Source: Lytechinus pictus
Taxonomy: Eukaryota
Direction: 5' to 3'
Assembly (NCBI RefSeq): GCF_037042905.1
Contig: NC_087245.1
Coordinates: forward strand, 38,006,001 to 38,070,000
DNA length: 64,000 nt
A model generated the notes under the pieces. The model saw only the letters and a program-made list of their open reading frames with translations. It ran no database searches and was not told the DNA's origin. Made by a program: the position numbers and the translations under genes. Below are positions 27,701 to 39,263 of the stretch, in pieces. How positions within the stretch are numbered: position 1 is the first letter of the stretch; each line of letters begins with the position of its first letter.

Positions 27701-30558
27701 AACATAATGCTGAAAATTTCATCAAAATTTGGAAGTAAAATAAGAAGTTTATAACATTTAAAAGTTTTACTTAATTTTTACAAAACAGTGATATGCACAA
27801 CTCAGTGATATGCAAATGAGAGAGTTGATAACATCAGTCACTCACAATTTTTGTCGATACTTTCAGCTTCCCATCATTTTAGCTAGCAAGTTAATCTTGA
27901 CATCAGAATACAGGTTTACAATGTATGTCTTTTTAATACAAGAAATTGAGTCAGGAGCAATCGTCGTAAGAACAAATATCAAATCATCCATTAAAACAAT
28001 AAAACTGTCAACATTACATAAAATTAACAGCTGGAGAGAAAGGAACTCACAAATCTGTTGAATCTGAAATTCCCACTTATCCCAACTGAATCTAACATTC
28101 GAGTCATTATTCCTGGTTTCTCCTCTGGAAGTAAGGTAGACCTCTTGGTCAAGGCCTGGAGAGAGAAAAAAGAGAAGTGTAGATTGTAAAAACAGCTTTA
28201 ACCATTTTTCTTTATAATACAGAACAAGCAGAACATTCCTAGAGTGTCTGTATAGTGAAGTTTATGAGTATTCTTTCATGTAATCTTCAAAGTAATCTAC
28301 AGCCAACTACAATGATTTTGAATACCTTCTACATGTATTTTTTAAGATTTTTTTTTCTATTGGGCATTATATTCAAAATGCATACTGAGAATTGTGCTAT
28401 AGGATTGGTCAAAAGTCAATCCACATGATAAAATGTAGTATCTCCATTAATCATCCCTTACAGCGATGGAACTGTAGTGTTTCTCTGATCATTGCCGCCA
28501 ATAGAGTCTCAAAATAGCTAATTCAATGAATATTTATCAAATGGTAGATAATTTTCTCCTCTTTGCTTATTATCTGTGATGTGATATGAATTCCATAAAA
28601 GGCCATTTTCACAGAAAATCGAAAATGGTGTAACTTAAGCATTTTTAATATCATCAGATATTAAGATAATATATATTCTATAATTCAAATATTTTCAGAC
28701 ATTATGACCCATTATAAATGGGAATTTGTGGAATTTATAATACAAGCCCTATGGGGCAGCTGATGGCACTTTCAGGGGTGTGAGAGAGCTCAAATGAAAA
28801 TAGTTGAATTTGTACTTTTGTACAATCAAATCAGGCCTACACAAAAAGCTAAAGTCACACAACTTTGCATATGACGCCACAATATTGTAATTTCAAAAAT
28901 TCAAAACTATCTTATAATAATTATCTGATTGATTTAGATCAAACCTTGACTGAATTTTATTCTCTAACGTCTATTGTTTCTATTACTAGGCCTTTGTCAG
29001 GGTGAATTTCCTCTTGAGTGAATATTTACATTGCATGGGCTTGATGTTCCTAAGAATCTTTGATGACATGATTGAGATACACAATGGTCTAAGGACAGAC
29101 ACGACACTCGACAGAAGTTGAGAAGTGACGTTGATGCCTCTACTCTGCTTATCATTGGTCTTTGAGTACAATGCTGTTGAAATATAAAAAAAAGAGGGAA
29201 AAAAATCACATTTTATTCATATTTTCAAACATGTTTTTTTTTAAGTACAATTACAATTAAACTACAATTAACCAAATATAATACTTGCTTATCTACAAAA
29301 TAATCAAATGGGTCTTGATGGATCTTGATTTGACAAACCATCAGCATAATATAAAGTACAACTGCCTACAAAAGTATTTAATAACAGTCAATTCTTGTGA
29401 AGCTCGGACATATTTCTTAACATTTAGCCTACTTTCTATGAAATTCCAAAGGGACTTTATGATTATGTAATTTAACCAAGACAAGGTACCAATTCTTTCA
29501 CAAACAAAATACTAGTTTGACCTAGTATTTGATGTTAATGTGTATGTCATCCGGCCAACCTAAAGAGGAGAAGGAATTTGGAACTGAATACAGTCATAAT
29601 GACTTCGTTCAGTATATTCCCGAACAAGTATCCGAAGTATAAAAAGAGATACATGTATTGTTGCCTTGTACTTATCAAACAGATCTAATTCATTAAAGAT
29701 AGCTAGATTTTAATAGGATATCAGAAAAATAATGTTATGTCTTGCTCTGAACTAATTTCTGTATTCCCACAGAATCTAGAAGCACTTTCAATATATTTTT
29801 TAATTGTTTCAGACTGCTGCAACAGCTTTATACACTAAAATTTATGAAAGAAAAAAATAGGGGAAGGAAAAAGGAAATGAAGAGAAAAAAAAGAGAAAAC
29901 GTTAGAACAAATAGGAGAAGAGTCGAGTGTTTGTGACAAAAGCTTTGACATTTCAACTTGATTCTTGCAAGACATTGCTCAACTTCCTCTTCTTCATAAA
30001 TAAGATTAACATACCACATGTGGTGTAGTATTGTTTTTGTTCTCCTGTATGGATTGGATGTCAAGTGCCGAGTATCCAGCATCCATCATATGGTGACTTC
30101 CCCAAAGGCAACATATGTACGTATATGGTACATGAATATTTACAAGAGTGAGGTATAGTCTGGGCCTTCTCATTTAAACTAACAAAAAACACCTTTCTTT
30201 CAAGTTATAAAAATTAAAATTCATAATTATCAATATCATTTTCTTTTTTCAATAAATATTTTATAAGTATTCTAAAGTCCAAGTCTAAATATTAATTTAC
30301 ATAACAGTGAGATATGGTCCATTAACAAAAACGACTTTCTTAACGTTTAATCTACAAAAATGTACATTTACTAACAAAGTAACGAGAGCATGAAAACCAA
30401 AGACCACGGACACGGCTGGAAGCTTGAGCGTGCGGTCCCTGGATAGGGATGAACGGCGAAGCGCTGGCTGAGACTGAACTGCTGAATGTGCTGGAGCCGC
30501 TGACAAGTCTTCCCAAACTCGGAGCCAATCGGCCCGGTTGTCCCGCAAAATTAAGCAT
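20529..30558 (-). CDS. UQCC1: Ubiquinol-cytochrome c reductase complex assembly factor 1 (Cbp3 homologue), ~343 aa
   Basis: Phase-consistent exons: 30558-30376, 29173-29030, 28155-28051, 26895-26823, 25652-25595, 24909-24801, 24297-24220, 23337-23224, 20696-20529 (TGA). Motifs MPDTLFSWFLIMELHVWMCMVRLKQEGREGKYM, AYDEGLLSNDKVLAAALWRN and VEYVRQQVQYLD match UQCC1. The S/R-rich N-terminus resembles a mitochondrial transit peptide; exons 1-2 are less certain. Confidence 0.93.
20866..21853 (-). mobile_element. Second, near-identical HINE copy in the last UQCC1 intron
   Basis: Reverse complement of 16074-17053 with only a few substitutions and a microsatellite length difference; an older 3'-end remnant lies at about 20779-20850. 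Confidence 0.85.
22070..23240. repeat. ~55-65 bp minisatellite with (GT)n, derived from the UQCC1 exon 8/intron 8 junction
   Basis: Unit GAGGGTATTCTTGATGAGGAGAATGGTTAGATTGGTAGCTGTTGCCTGACATATTGAC(TG)n contains the last 17 nt of exon 8. Confidence 0.9.
24560..24770 (-). mobile_element. Degenerate SINE of the same superfamily
   Basis: Minus strand TGGCCGAGTGG..GGTTCAATTC head and a degenerate core. Confidence 0.6.
27100..27392 (+). mobile_element. Penelope-like pseudo-LTR remnant (3' part also at about 10205-10330)
   Basis: Hammerhead-like core near the 5' end; shares TTTCTCGCCTATCCATTTC and CATGGTGTACCGTARACC with 10225-10318. Confidence 0.6.
27111..27151 (+). ncRNA. Minimal type I hammerhead ribozyme motif
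   Basis: CTGAAGA-C-GGACAG(TCAAC)CTATCC-GAAA-CG-TC; stem II has one mismatch and stem I is weak. Confidence 0.6.
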
Positions 30559-30559
30559 T

Positions 30560-30870
30560 ATCGAAGTAAAAATTCACTGCAAGATGGATAGAAGTCACAT
30601 CTAACCTCCTGTGCTTAAATCGCCACTTTACGCGGATCAATTAACTGTTGTTTTAGCGTGAAAATTTACAATTTTTAACCGGTTTCACAGCATAGACATC
30701 GCCATTTTCAGACACCAAAAGTTGCATAAGATCAGTGCGCAAGTGTTACGTAATCATGTCAGCTGGTGGTAAGCTGTGCCTGTGATTTGGCCTCTCAACA
30801 ACCCTTTTCCTTGGCCTTGCTGTCATCACTGGCACGGTGGACAGAAAGAGAGACGGTACAGTATGTTAGT
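30560..30870. promoter_or_regulatory. Probable promoter of UQCC1, possibly bidirectional with LDAH
   Basis: CpG-richer region immediately upstream of the UQCC1 ATG. It has a YY1-type CGCCATTTT (30700-30708), a bZIP palindrome TTACGTAA (30746-30753) and + strand donor-like GTATGT/GTTAGT at about 30861-30870. Confidence 0.5.
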
Positions 30871-31198
30871 TCTCCATTACATATTAAACATTTTCAAGGG
30901 AAGTGGATTTGGTTTGGAATGACTGGTGATATTTATTAACTGGAATTGGAACAGAGCTTCTTATTGCGTACCACCTATTGATAATTGTGTCATGTTTTGT
31001 AATAGTAAAATCAACTACGGTATAAATTGTAACTAAAGTAATGACGTAGTAGAGACAAGCACTAATTCTATGTACATGTATCATGTGAACACTTCCCTTA
31101 ATCTTGATTGTATACTGTGTGAACACAGCCTCTACTATAACAACAGACATTCCCCTCTCTTGGATACAAGATGTTAATGTCAATGCATCCCTTGTATT

Positions 31199-32330
31199 CC
31201 CAGAAGGAAAAACCAGTTCCACTGGACCATTTAGACCAGTAGAATTTTAACTGGTAACTCTGGAAATTGGTTTACTGGTCTAACTGGTCATACTGGTCCA
31301 GTTAAAATTTTACCGGTCCAGTTAAAAATTAAACTGGTCTTGAATTACTGGAATTTTATACTGGTCTTATTTCTGGTCTCACTGGTCTTCATACTGCTAT
31401 CCAATTCAAGCTGGCCTTTACTGGTATTTTCTACTGGTCTGATTGGTCCTCGAACTGGTCCTCGTACTGGCCTTAACTGGATCAATTTATTACATGCATG
31501 TGGTTTGTTATATACCATGTTCAGTGAAATGTGATAGAAAAGATGGTTAGTAAATTAATCTTTCAGCTGTTATTTTAAATGTGATGAAATTACACATTTT
31601 CATTGTGAATTAGTTCACACACTCATTTGGAAATTTTTTAAACAACAATGAGTGCCATTGCAAGGATATTCCATTCTATATCCTGATTTTTCTTTTTAAA
31701 ATAGGATATGCAAATGAGGTAAACCACGTGATCAGCATCATCAGAATTACTGGTATTACTGGTCTTGACCAGTTCAATTTCAAACAATGAATTACTTTAG
31801 ACCTAGTTGACTATATCAGAGGAATATATCTTGCTTTGATCTTAATCATAATTAAAGGAAATAATTATTTTAATGATAATGTTAATACTTGATAATCATG
31901 ATAATATCAATAATAATAATTACAATATCAATATCAATGATAACAGTAATAAGAATGATAACAACAATGATCATAATAATCATAATAATAATAATCATGA
32001 TAATTATAAGAAGAATGATGATAACAATAATAATGATAATAACTTTCTCTAAATTGCAAGATTCATTTTCCATAATTCGTCAAATGATCTGACTTGAAAT
32101 AAAGTCATTATTTTGGACCAGTAACACCAGTTTGATGAAAAACAATTTAACTGGTATTACTAATTGCTTCAACTGGAATGCATTTGTTTGAACTGGTCTC
32201 CAGTTGATTTTTAATTTACTGGTCCAGTTAAAAATCAACTGGTCCAGTAAAAATATACTGGAAACCAGTAAAATTCTACTGGAAACCAGTAAAAAGTTTT
32301 ACTGGTCTTATACTGGTTTTTCCTTCTGGG
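31199..32330. mobile_element. Non-autonomous EnSpm/CMC-like DNA transposon inserted 6 bp inside the outer 5' LTR
   Basis: Perfect 19-bp TIR CCCAGAAGGAAAAACCAGT, 2-bp TSD TT, dense subterminal ACTGGT/ACCAGT repeats and an internal (ATA/ATC)n tract at 31860-32041. Confidence 0.8.
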
Positions 32331-32712
32331 TTATGTTAGCTTTAAGCTGCTGCAATGGGCAATTTATAGGGCTCTATTATAACATCATGCCTTGCTCACC
32401 CATGCTTGGCAGTAACTCCTAGTAAGGCATAGGGTATAAATAGGAGACAGTTTTTAGTTAGGTTAGTTGTTATGAGTTGTTATTGAGTGTGCATGGATCC
32501 ACCGCTGAAAGCGTACCAGCCTGAGGAAGCACCATACCCCGGCAGCTACACTACAGCTAGGACCCAGAGCGCTCTGCAACGACCTCTTCGACTTCATCTT
32601 CCTGAGCATTCCAGGCCTTCATCGACTTCGAGATCCATATCTTAAGGTTAGATTTATAGCGCATAAGTTATCATAGTTTACAGTCTAAGTTTATAGGCCA
32701 CGATACAATAAA

Positions 32713-32726
32713 TGGCGTAGTCGGCA
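32713..32726 (+). other. Primer-binding site complementary to the tRNA-Ser(AGA-type) 3' end
   Basis: TGGCGTAGTCGGCA is the reverse complement of ...TGCCGACTACGCCA and starts 5 nt after the LTR end. Confidence 0.85.
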
Positions 32727-33137
32727 TTAGAATTTGTTAGGGGAGGGAAAGGTAAAGGAATGTAGTTTAATGATAGGTACAGTAGTTTAAGGACGTTCCA
32801 CAGTTATGTTTGTGCGCATTATGATCTGCGCATATTTTACACTCTGCGCGCTGACGTCACAATGGATGAACAGGCGATTAATTAGCTGTGGTTATGAGCT
32901 GATTTTTCTCATCATCTGCATGCTAACTACAGATCCGATGCGTTATTTTATGAAGCTAAAAAACTGGAATTATTCCATGGACCATTTTTAAAAATATGTC
33001 TACAATTTTGACATACTTTACTCTGCAATGCTGCCAAGAATCACGAATATGACCCCGAGTTTGAATAAATGGTAGAGTGGTTTTGTTTTTTGTCTTCACA
33101 TAGATACAAAGCATTTGGCACATTTTTGGTGTTTTAG

Positions 33138-34164
33138 AAAGCACATTTTCTCTAATAAAAATACTGATAGTTTGAAAACAAGCACATGAACCCCTATTTT
33201 TTAATGTTTGCACCTCTTATGTATACCTTCCTCTACAACTTTGCAAATTTTGGTGAAAATGACATGGATTTTGAATAAAGTGCAGCATTTTTTGTACTTT
33301 TGTAGTTTGTTATTGAAATTTCACATTTTTGAGATTGGGTTTTTGTTATCTCTTACGCCATTTTTAAGAACTGACAGTGCTGTTAGACTTAAAATTGCAA
33401 ACAAATAGTACTATAAATAGATTCTCCATTCTAACAATACAATGATTAACTCTCTTGCAAAATTTGATGACTTTTTCATGTATTTTGACTGAGTAATATA
33501 GGTTTAAACTCAATGGCCCGTATTCTGATAGCAGGTTTAATTTAACCCTAGTCTAAAGTTAACCCTGGTTTAACTAAACCTCCTCTAAACCTCACCTCTG
33601 GTCTAAGTGTAGTTTAATTATTTTGGTATTCTGATAGCCGGGTTTAACTAAAGCACATTTTCTCTAATAAAAATACTGATAGTTTGAAAACAAGCACATG
33701 AACCCCTATTTTTTAATGTTTGCACCTCTTATGTATACCTTCCTCTACAACTTTGCAAATTTTGGTGAAAATGACATGGATTTTGAATAAAGTGCAGCAT
33801 TTTTTGTACTTTTGTAGTTTGTTATTGAAATTTCACATTTTTGAGATTGGGTTTTTGTTATCTCTTACGCCATTTTTAAGAACTGACAGTGCTGTTAGAC
33901 TTAAAATTGCAAACAAATAGTACTATAAATAGATTCTCCATTCTAACAATACAATGATTAACTCTCTTGCAAAATTTGATGACTTTTTCATGTATTTTGA
34001 CTGAGTAATATAGGTTTAAACTCAATGGCCCGTATTCTGATAGCAGGTTTAATTTAACCCTAGTCTAAAGTTAACCCTGGTTTAACTAAACCTCCTCTAA
34101 ACCTCACCTCTGGTCTAAGTGTAGTTTAATTATTTTGGTATTCTGATAGCCGGGTTTAACTAAA
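33138..34164. repeat. Exact 512-bp tandem duplication
   Basis: Identical ORF-track peptides at 33208 and 33720 (offset 512); the sequence appears identical on reading. Confidence 0.92.
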
Positions 34165-37100
34165 CCTGGGTTAAACCCGGGTTTAAAATTCTTTTTGGAA
34201 ATAATAACCCTCTTTTAACCAAGACTAGCACCTTTTTGGTAAATTACTGCTGCAGAGTGCAGGGATGATTGCAACAAAGTTGAAAAAAATGTTATTAAAG
34301 TTGTTTTTTCTTAAAAATTGGGATTTTATGGAAACTAATGACAACTATTGTAGTGAAAAAAAGCATTCATCACCCATATATGGTAAGAAATTTTCATTAA
34401 ATTTTTCTTTATTTTTGTTAATTACTAAAACATTTCAACCCCAAACCGAGTGACTTGCACAGTTTTTTGTGTATCAGTCCCATTCATTGCTTTTCATGTT
34501 TGTCAAAATCTAAATTGAATAGATTCCCCTCAACCATACTCTACTCTCTAGACTAGAGTCTAGACTCTAGTCCTAGATCTAAAACAATAAGTTAAGAGGT
34601 CGACGTCTTTATTCTAACTTTAAGTAAGGGAATTATTTTTAACTTTTGAGAGAAGTCTTGGGTCTAACATTAGGCCTATAGGCCTAGTTAGATCTAGCCT
34701 AGGCCCAATTGTTTGGAGGAGAATTGAACATTGTTTTGAGTTTGACAGTTACTTTACTGAAGCAAAACGTGTCTACGATACGTAGTCTAGTGAGTTAGTG
34801 GAGCAACCGAGACTGAACTGAAGATAAATATTGGTCTAGGCCTAGAACAAAATTCAGGACTTGTCTTAGGCTGGCTTGCATGTAGCTTAGGGACAGGGAT
34901 AGATATAGATTATTATTCTAACCTTAAGTGTAACAAAGTTAGTGGAATACGAATAGATCTGATTTGTCTTAGAGTTAGACTTAGACAAAAAGCTTTGAAC
35001 AGTCTCTGGGTCTGGGACAGGGATAGATATAGATTATTCTAACCTTAGATCTAGTGGAATAGATCTGATACTCTTAGACAAAAAGCTTTGAACAGTCTCT
35101 GTATTGGTTGTTCGCTGAACTATGACAGTCTATGTTGGCCTCTCTCACCAAGGCAATGTGATACGACAGTAAAATGTCAGAATTTTTAAAATAAATCCCC
35201 AGAAACAACGGTTATTCCTGTCTGCACTCTGCAGTGTTAGATCTGACTATCGCTGCATTGCTTGCCAAGTAACTAGGCCTGGCTAAATTTAGAATTAGTC
35301 CTAGACATCTATCTACTCCTGTTTTAGGTCCATATCTGTTTCTTTGAAGAGTTTTTTATTTAAACATTTTTTTGGGACTCGTTTAGGTTTCCAGATCCAG
35401 GACTAGAAAACAGGCCTAAACCTAGACCAACAGCTCATTCTTGACTAGACTAGGCCTGGCCTAGATTTATGTGAGAATTTAGATCTTGGCCTAACGTTTG
35501 TCTGTGCTATCTATTCTTTCTAGATTCTATTTCTAGCCTAGCCGGTAGCCCTAACATTAGGACTGGCTGATCTAGTCTACTGTATGATCTAGAATGTCTA
35601 ACGCTGGCCTAGATCTAGTTGACTAAATAACTTAGACTAAAAGTTAGACCCTATCTAGACCTAGAACTAGATCTATATCAGTCTAGGTCTACATGTAATA
35701 GGTCTAGATCTAGAGGTTTGTAGACTCTCAACATGCTCAATGTAGATTCTAAAAATAAAAAAAGTAAATGTAGGCTAGTCTACAGTAGATCTACTCATCT
35801 AACTTTAGGCCTTTAAAGGAAGTAGGCTACAGATCTGTTGGATTATTTCTATTACTAGATCTAAAAAGGATCTAAATCTAGGCCTAGATCTAAAGCTAGG
35901 GACTGTAGTTCGAGATCTAGAGGTCTAGCACTCCCTTAAAATAGTACTAAGCCTACAGCTACATGTACTATGTAGTTCTCTGTGTAGCCAAACAACAGTT
36001 AGCATTGTCGTAATCTTATTTTGGTGTGTGTGGTTACCATACAAACACATATTTTGATGAATGAGAAAATGTGCCTTGCAGATTATTTTACCTCAAGTCA
36101 AAACCTAGTGTTCTAAATTTCATGAGCATAGGCCTATGTCACAAAATGAAGAAGTAGTTCAATCCATTAGATGTGATTACACATTTATTGATTTAATATG
36201 CTGTCACCATGGCAACACAGTTTCCAACACATGTATACAAATATATGTCTTGCAGATCTATACCTCAAAACCAATGTGTGAGCCAACTTTTATAAGAATT
36301 GGTTGAAAACTAATGAAGGAGTTCAGATTTTCACCTAATTTCATTATGTAATATGTTGTTACCATGGCAACATGATTTCTGATACATACAAAAATATGTC
36401 TTGCACATCTTCAACTCAAGACTAATTTGTGTGCCAAATTTTATGAGCATTGGTTGAAAAAAGATGAAGGAGTTCGAACTACCAAATTTTCACCTCATTT
36501 TTGTTATTTAATATGTTGTTACCATGGCAACACGATTTCTGATACAGACAAAAATATATCTTAAACATCTTCACCTCAACATTAATGTATGTGCCAAATT
36601 TTTAAGGGAATTGACCACTTGGAAACTGATTAAATAGGTCAAATCACTAGATTTTCATCTAACTTTGATATTTGATTTGTTACCATGGCAACATGATTTT
36701 TTTTATAAATTCATAAAATATATTTTGCACATCTTCACATCAAGACTAATGTTTGTGCCACATTTCATGAGAATTGGTTAAAACTGGGGAAGTAGTTGGA
36801 ATTACAAGTTTTTTCCATAATTTTTGCCATAATATACCGTTACCATGGCAACACAATTTCTGACACATGCAAAAATGTGTCTTGCAAATTTTCACATAAA
36901 GACTTATGTCTGAGCCAAATATCATGAGAAATGGTTTAAAAATTCTAAAGTAATAAAAACCACAAGTTTTTCACCTAATTTTCGATATTTAATATGTTGT
37001 TACCATGGCAACGCAATTATATACTTAAGGCATAGAATATGTTTTGCACATCTTCACAATAAGACTAATGTATGTGCTAAATTTCATGAGAATTGGTTAA

Positions 37101-37662
37101 AAACTGAGGAAGTAGTTGGAACATCAAGATTTATGCGTAGCTTTTGCCATAATATTCCGTTACCATGGCAACACAATTTCCGACACATTAAAAAATGTGT
37201 CTTGCACATCTTTACCTCAAAACCAATGTGTGAGCCAACTTTCTTGAGAATTGGTAGAAAACTGATGAAAGTATTTTAAACGGCAAAATTTTAGCCATAA
37301 TATACTGTTGCCATGGCAACACAATCTCTAAAAAAGGGGATTTTTTTTTTACACCTCCTTACCTTGAGAACAATGTGTGTTCCAAATTTCATGAAAATCG
37401 GTTAAAAACTGAGAAAGTAGCTTGTAATGCAATATAGGCATAAATTCTAAAAAATTGTTGGCCATGATTTGTTGGATTTAAACCAGGCTTAAACTACCCC
37501 CTGCGCGAGTTTAACTTTTTGAGGATTTATTACCACACTTAGACCAGGGTTAACTTAAACCTTGCTATCGGAATACGAAACTTAAACCTAGGTTTAAATA
37601 TGGCAGTTTATTACCACACTTAGACCAGGGTTAAGTTAAACCACGCTATCAGAATACGGGCC
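33515..37662. mobile_element. ISL2EU/Harbinger-group non-autonomous element nested in the Kolobok element (left end duplicated at 33515 and 34027)
   Basis: TIR GGCCCGTATTCTGATAGC / GCTATCAGAATACGGGCC flanked by AT on both sides; subterminal GGTTTAA/TTAAACC repeats. Confidence 0.72.
36040..37430. repeat. ~160-bp tandem repeat array, each unit carrying GTTACCATGGCAAC
   Basis: Motif at 36203, 36358, 36518, 36679, 36839, 36999, 37159 and 37307. Confidence 0.9.
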
Positions 37663-38574
37663 ATTGTAGTGATATTGCGAGGTCTAAAAATGCCAAATTC
37701 TTTTGAATGCGCAATTCTTAAGAACATCCATTTAGGTGAACTTTGAAGCTCTATAGCAAAAAATCAAGCACATGGACCTATGTTAATTTTTGCATATTTC
37801 GAATATTCAGGTTCTAAAGTATCTATGTGCAAAGTTTGGTGAAAATGACATGGATTTCACTTTAACTGTGGAACGTCCTTAAGTGATAGGAATTCCCCAT
37901 TAGTAGGTAGCCACACCCAAATCCACCATCTTGGTTCCATAGGGTTGTGTGTTATAATATTTTGACAAGTACAGTACTTTAGTGATAGGAACTTTCCATT
38001 AGGGACACATGTAGCCACGCCCAAATAAGCCATCTTGTTTTCATAGGCTGTGTGTATAGTGGTATTTTTCCATTCCTTACAAATCTTTCCATGGTTCATT
38101 TCAGCTTATGTTTTTGAACCCTTTACCATAATTTTTTGTTATAGGTTCTTTTTCGATTTTGTTAGTCATTTTCATTATTGTACTCAAACTTTTGAAGTAA
38201 CTTTTGAAGCCGATTTCTTGGCTCTCTTATGAATGACTTGGTCTCCAATGCTCTACTTAACCATACACTGACACATTCTGTTATATATTGAGGTTCAGTC
38301 TTCAGATTTTCTTGGCTCTTTACCAGGTTTTCTTTGTAGAATACTTAAAACTGAGAAATAAACTGTAATTGTTAGGAATGAAGATGATATTAGTGTTAGC
38401 CAATTTAATTGTCAGTGACTTGAAGTTAAGGATGAGTATGTTCTTCGACTTGAATCTACTGGAGCTTGGGAAGTGAGTAGATCCAAGTTGACGAATTAGG
38501 CATCAATTGTTAGTTGCTTGCTACTTTTGCTAGGATACTTTTTACTTTGACCTGAATCTTCTCGAGCTTGGGAG

Positions 38575-38858
38575 GTCGAATAGATCCAAGTTGATTGATT
38601 AACTAGAGTATGATAAAGTTATCGTAGTTTAAGATGATAAGGTAGTCTAAGCTTAATCAAACCTCCACTTAGTCGAATAGATCCAAGTTGATTGATTAAC
38701 TAGAGTATGATAAAGTTATCGTAGTTTAAGATGATAAGGTAGTCTAAGCTTAATCAAACCTCCACTTAGTCGAATAGATCCAAGTTGATTGATTAACTAG
38801 AGTATAATAAAGTTATCGTAGTTTAAGATAATAAGGTAGTCTAAGCTTAATCAAACCT
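38575..38858. repeat. 97-bp tandem repeat, about 3 copies, in the retroelement leader
   Basis: Units begin GTCGAATAGATCCAAG at 38575, 38672 and 38769. Confidence 0.92.
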
Positions 38859-39263
38859 TACCTTCCACCCATTATAAAGTTGAATGAATTTGAATTCAGC
38901 AATTGAAATAAGAATTTAAGATTACAATCTTAGGTAACTAATTTGTTGAAAGTATCAGAACAATAATTTATATTTTTTATGTAGATTTTAGATTAATTTC
39001 CCATATTTCTGTTAAAATTATTTGTTCAGCATCTGGACAAAGTTTTAGATCATAATTTTATATTTTGTGTGAGGATTGACTTGTATATATCTAGAACTAC
39101 ATGTATATGCAACAAATTTTAGGAATCCTTGTTCTGATTGTTGGCCTGACATTTGTCCAACAATTGCACTCATAAGTCTGAATAGGGAAGACATTTATTT
39201 TTATTCAAACTGAAATAAAGGTTGAGCAGTTTTCTTAGATTTCTGATCAATGCCGTCAAGAGT

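Larger units (their letters stand above)
32791..37878. mobile_element. Non-autonomous Kolobok-type DNA transposon
   Basis: Perfect 16-bp TIR GGACGTTCCACAGTTA, TTAA TSD on both sides, and GG..CC termini. Confidence 0.82.

Noticed and set aside
31186-31192. Target-site duplication for the outer LTR element
   Set aside because: The left flank (ATCCCT) does not match the right flank (ATACTA); no TSD is claimed.
31882-32092. Poly-Ile ORFs on both strands
   Set aside because: (ATA/ATC)n microsatellite within a DNA transposon.
32505-32535. GAAA..GTA..CTGAGGA in the outer LTR resembling a type II hammerhead (retrozyme-like)
   Set aside because: Only 5 nt are available for stem I, and the 3-bp stem II is broken in the other LTR copy; likely chance.
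36040-38858. Regularly spaced repeats as a CRISPR-like array
   Set aside because: Eukaryotic context, the spacers are homologous to one another, and there are no cas genes.
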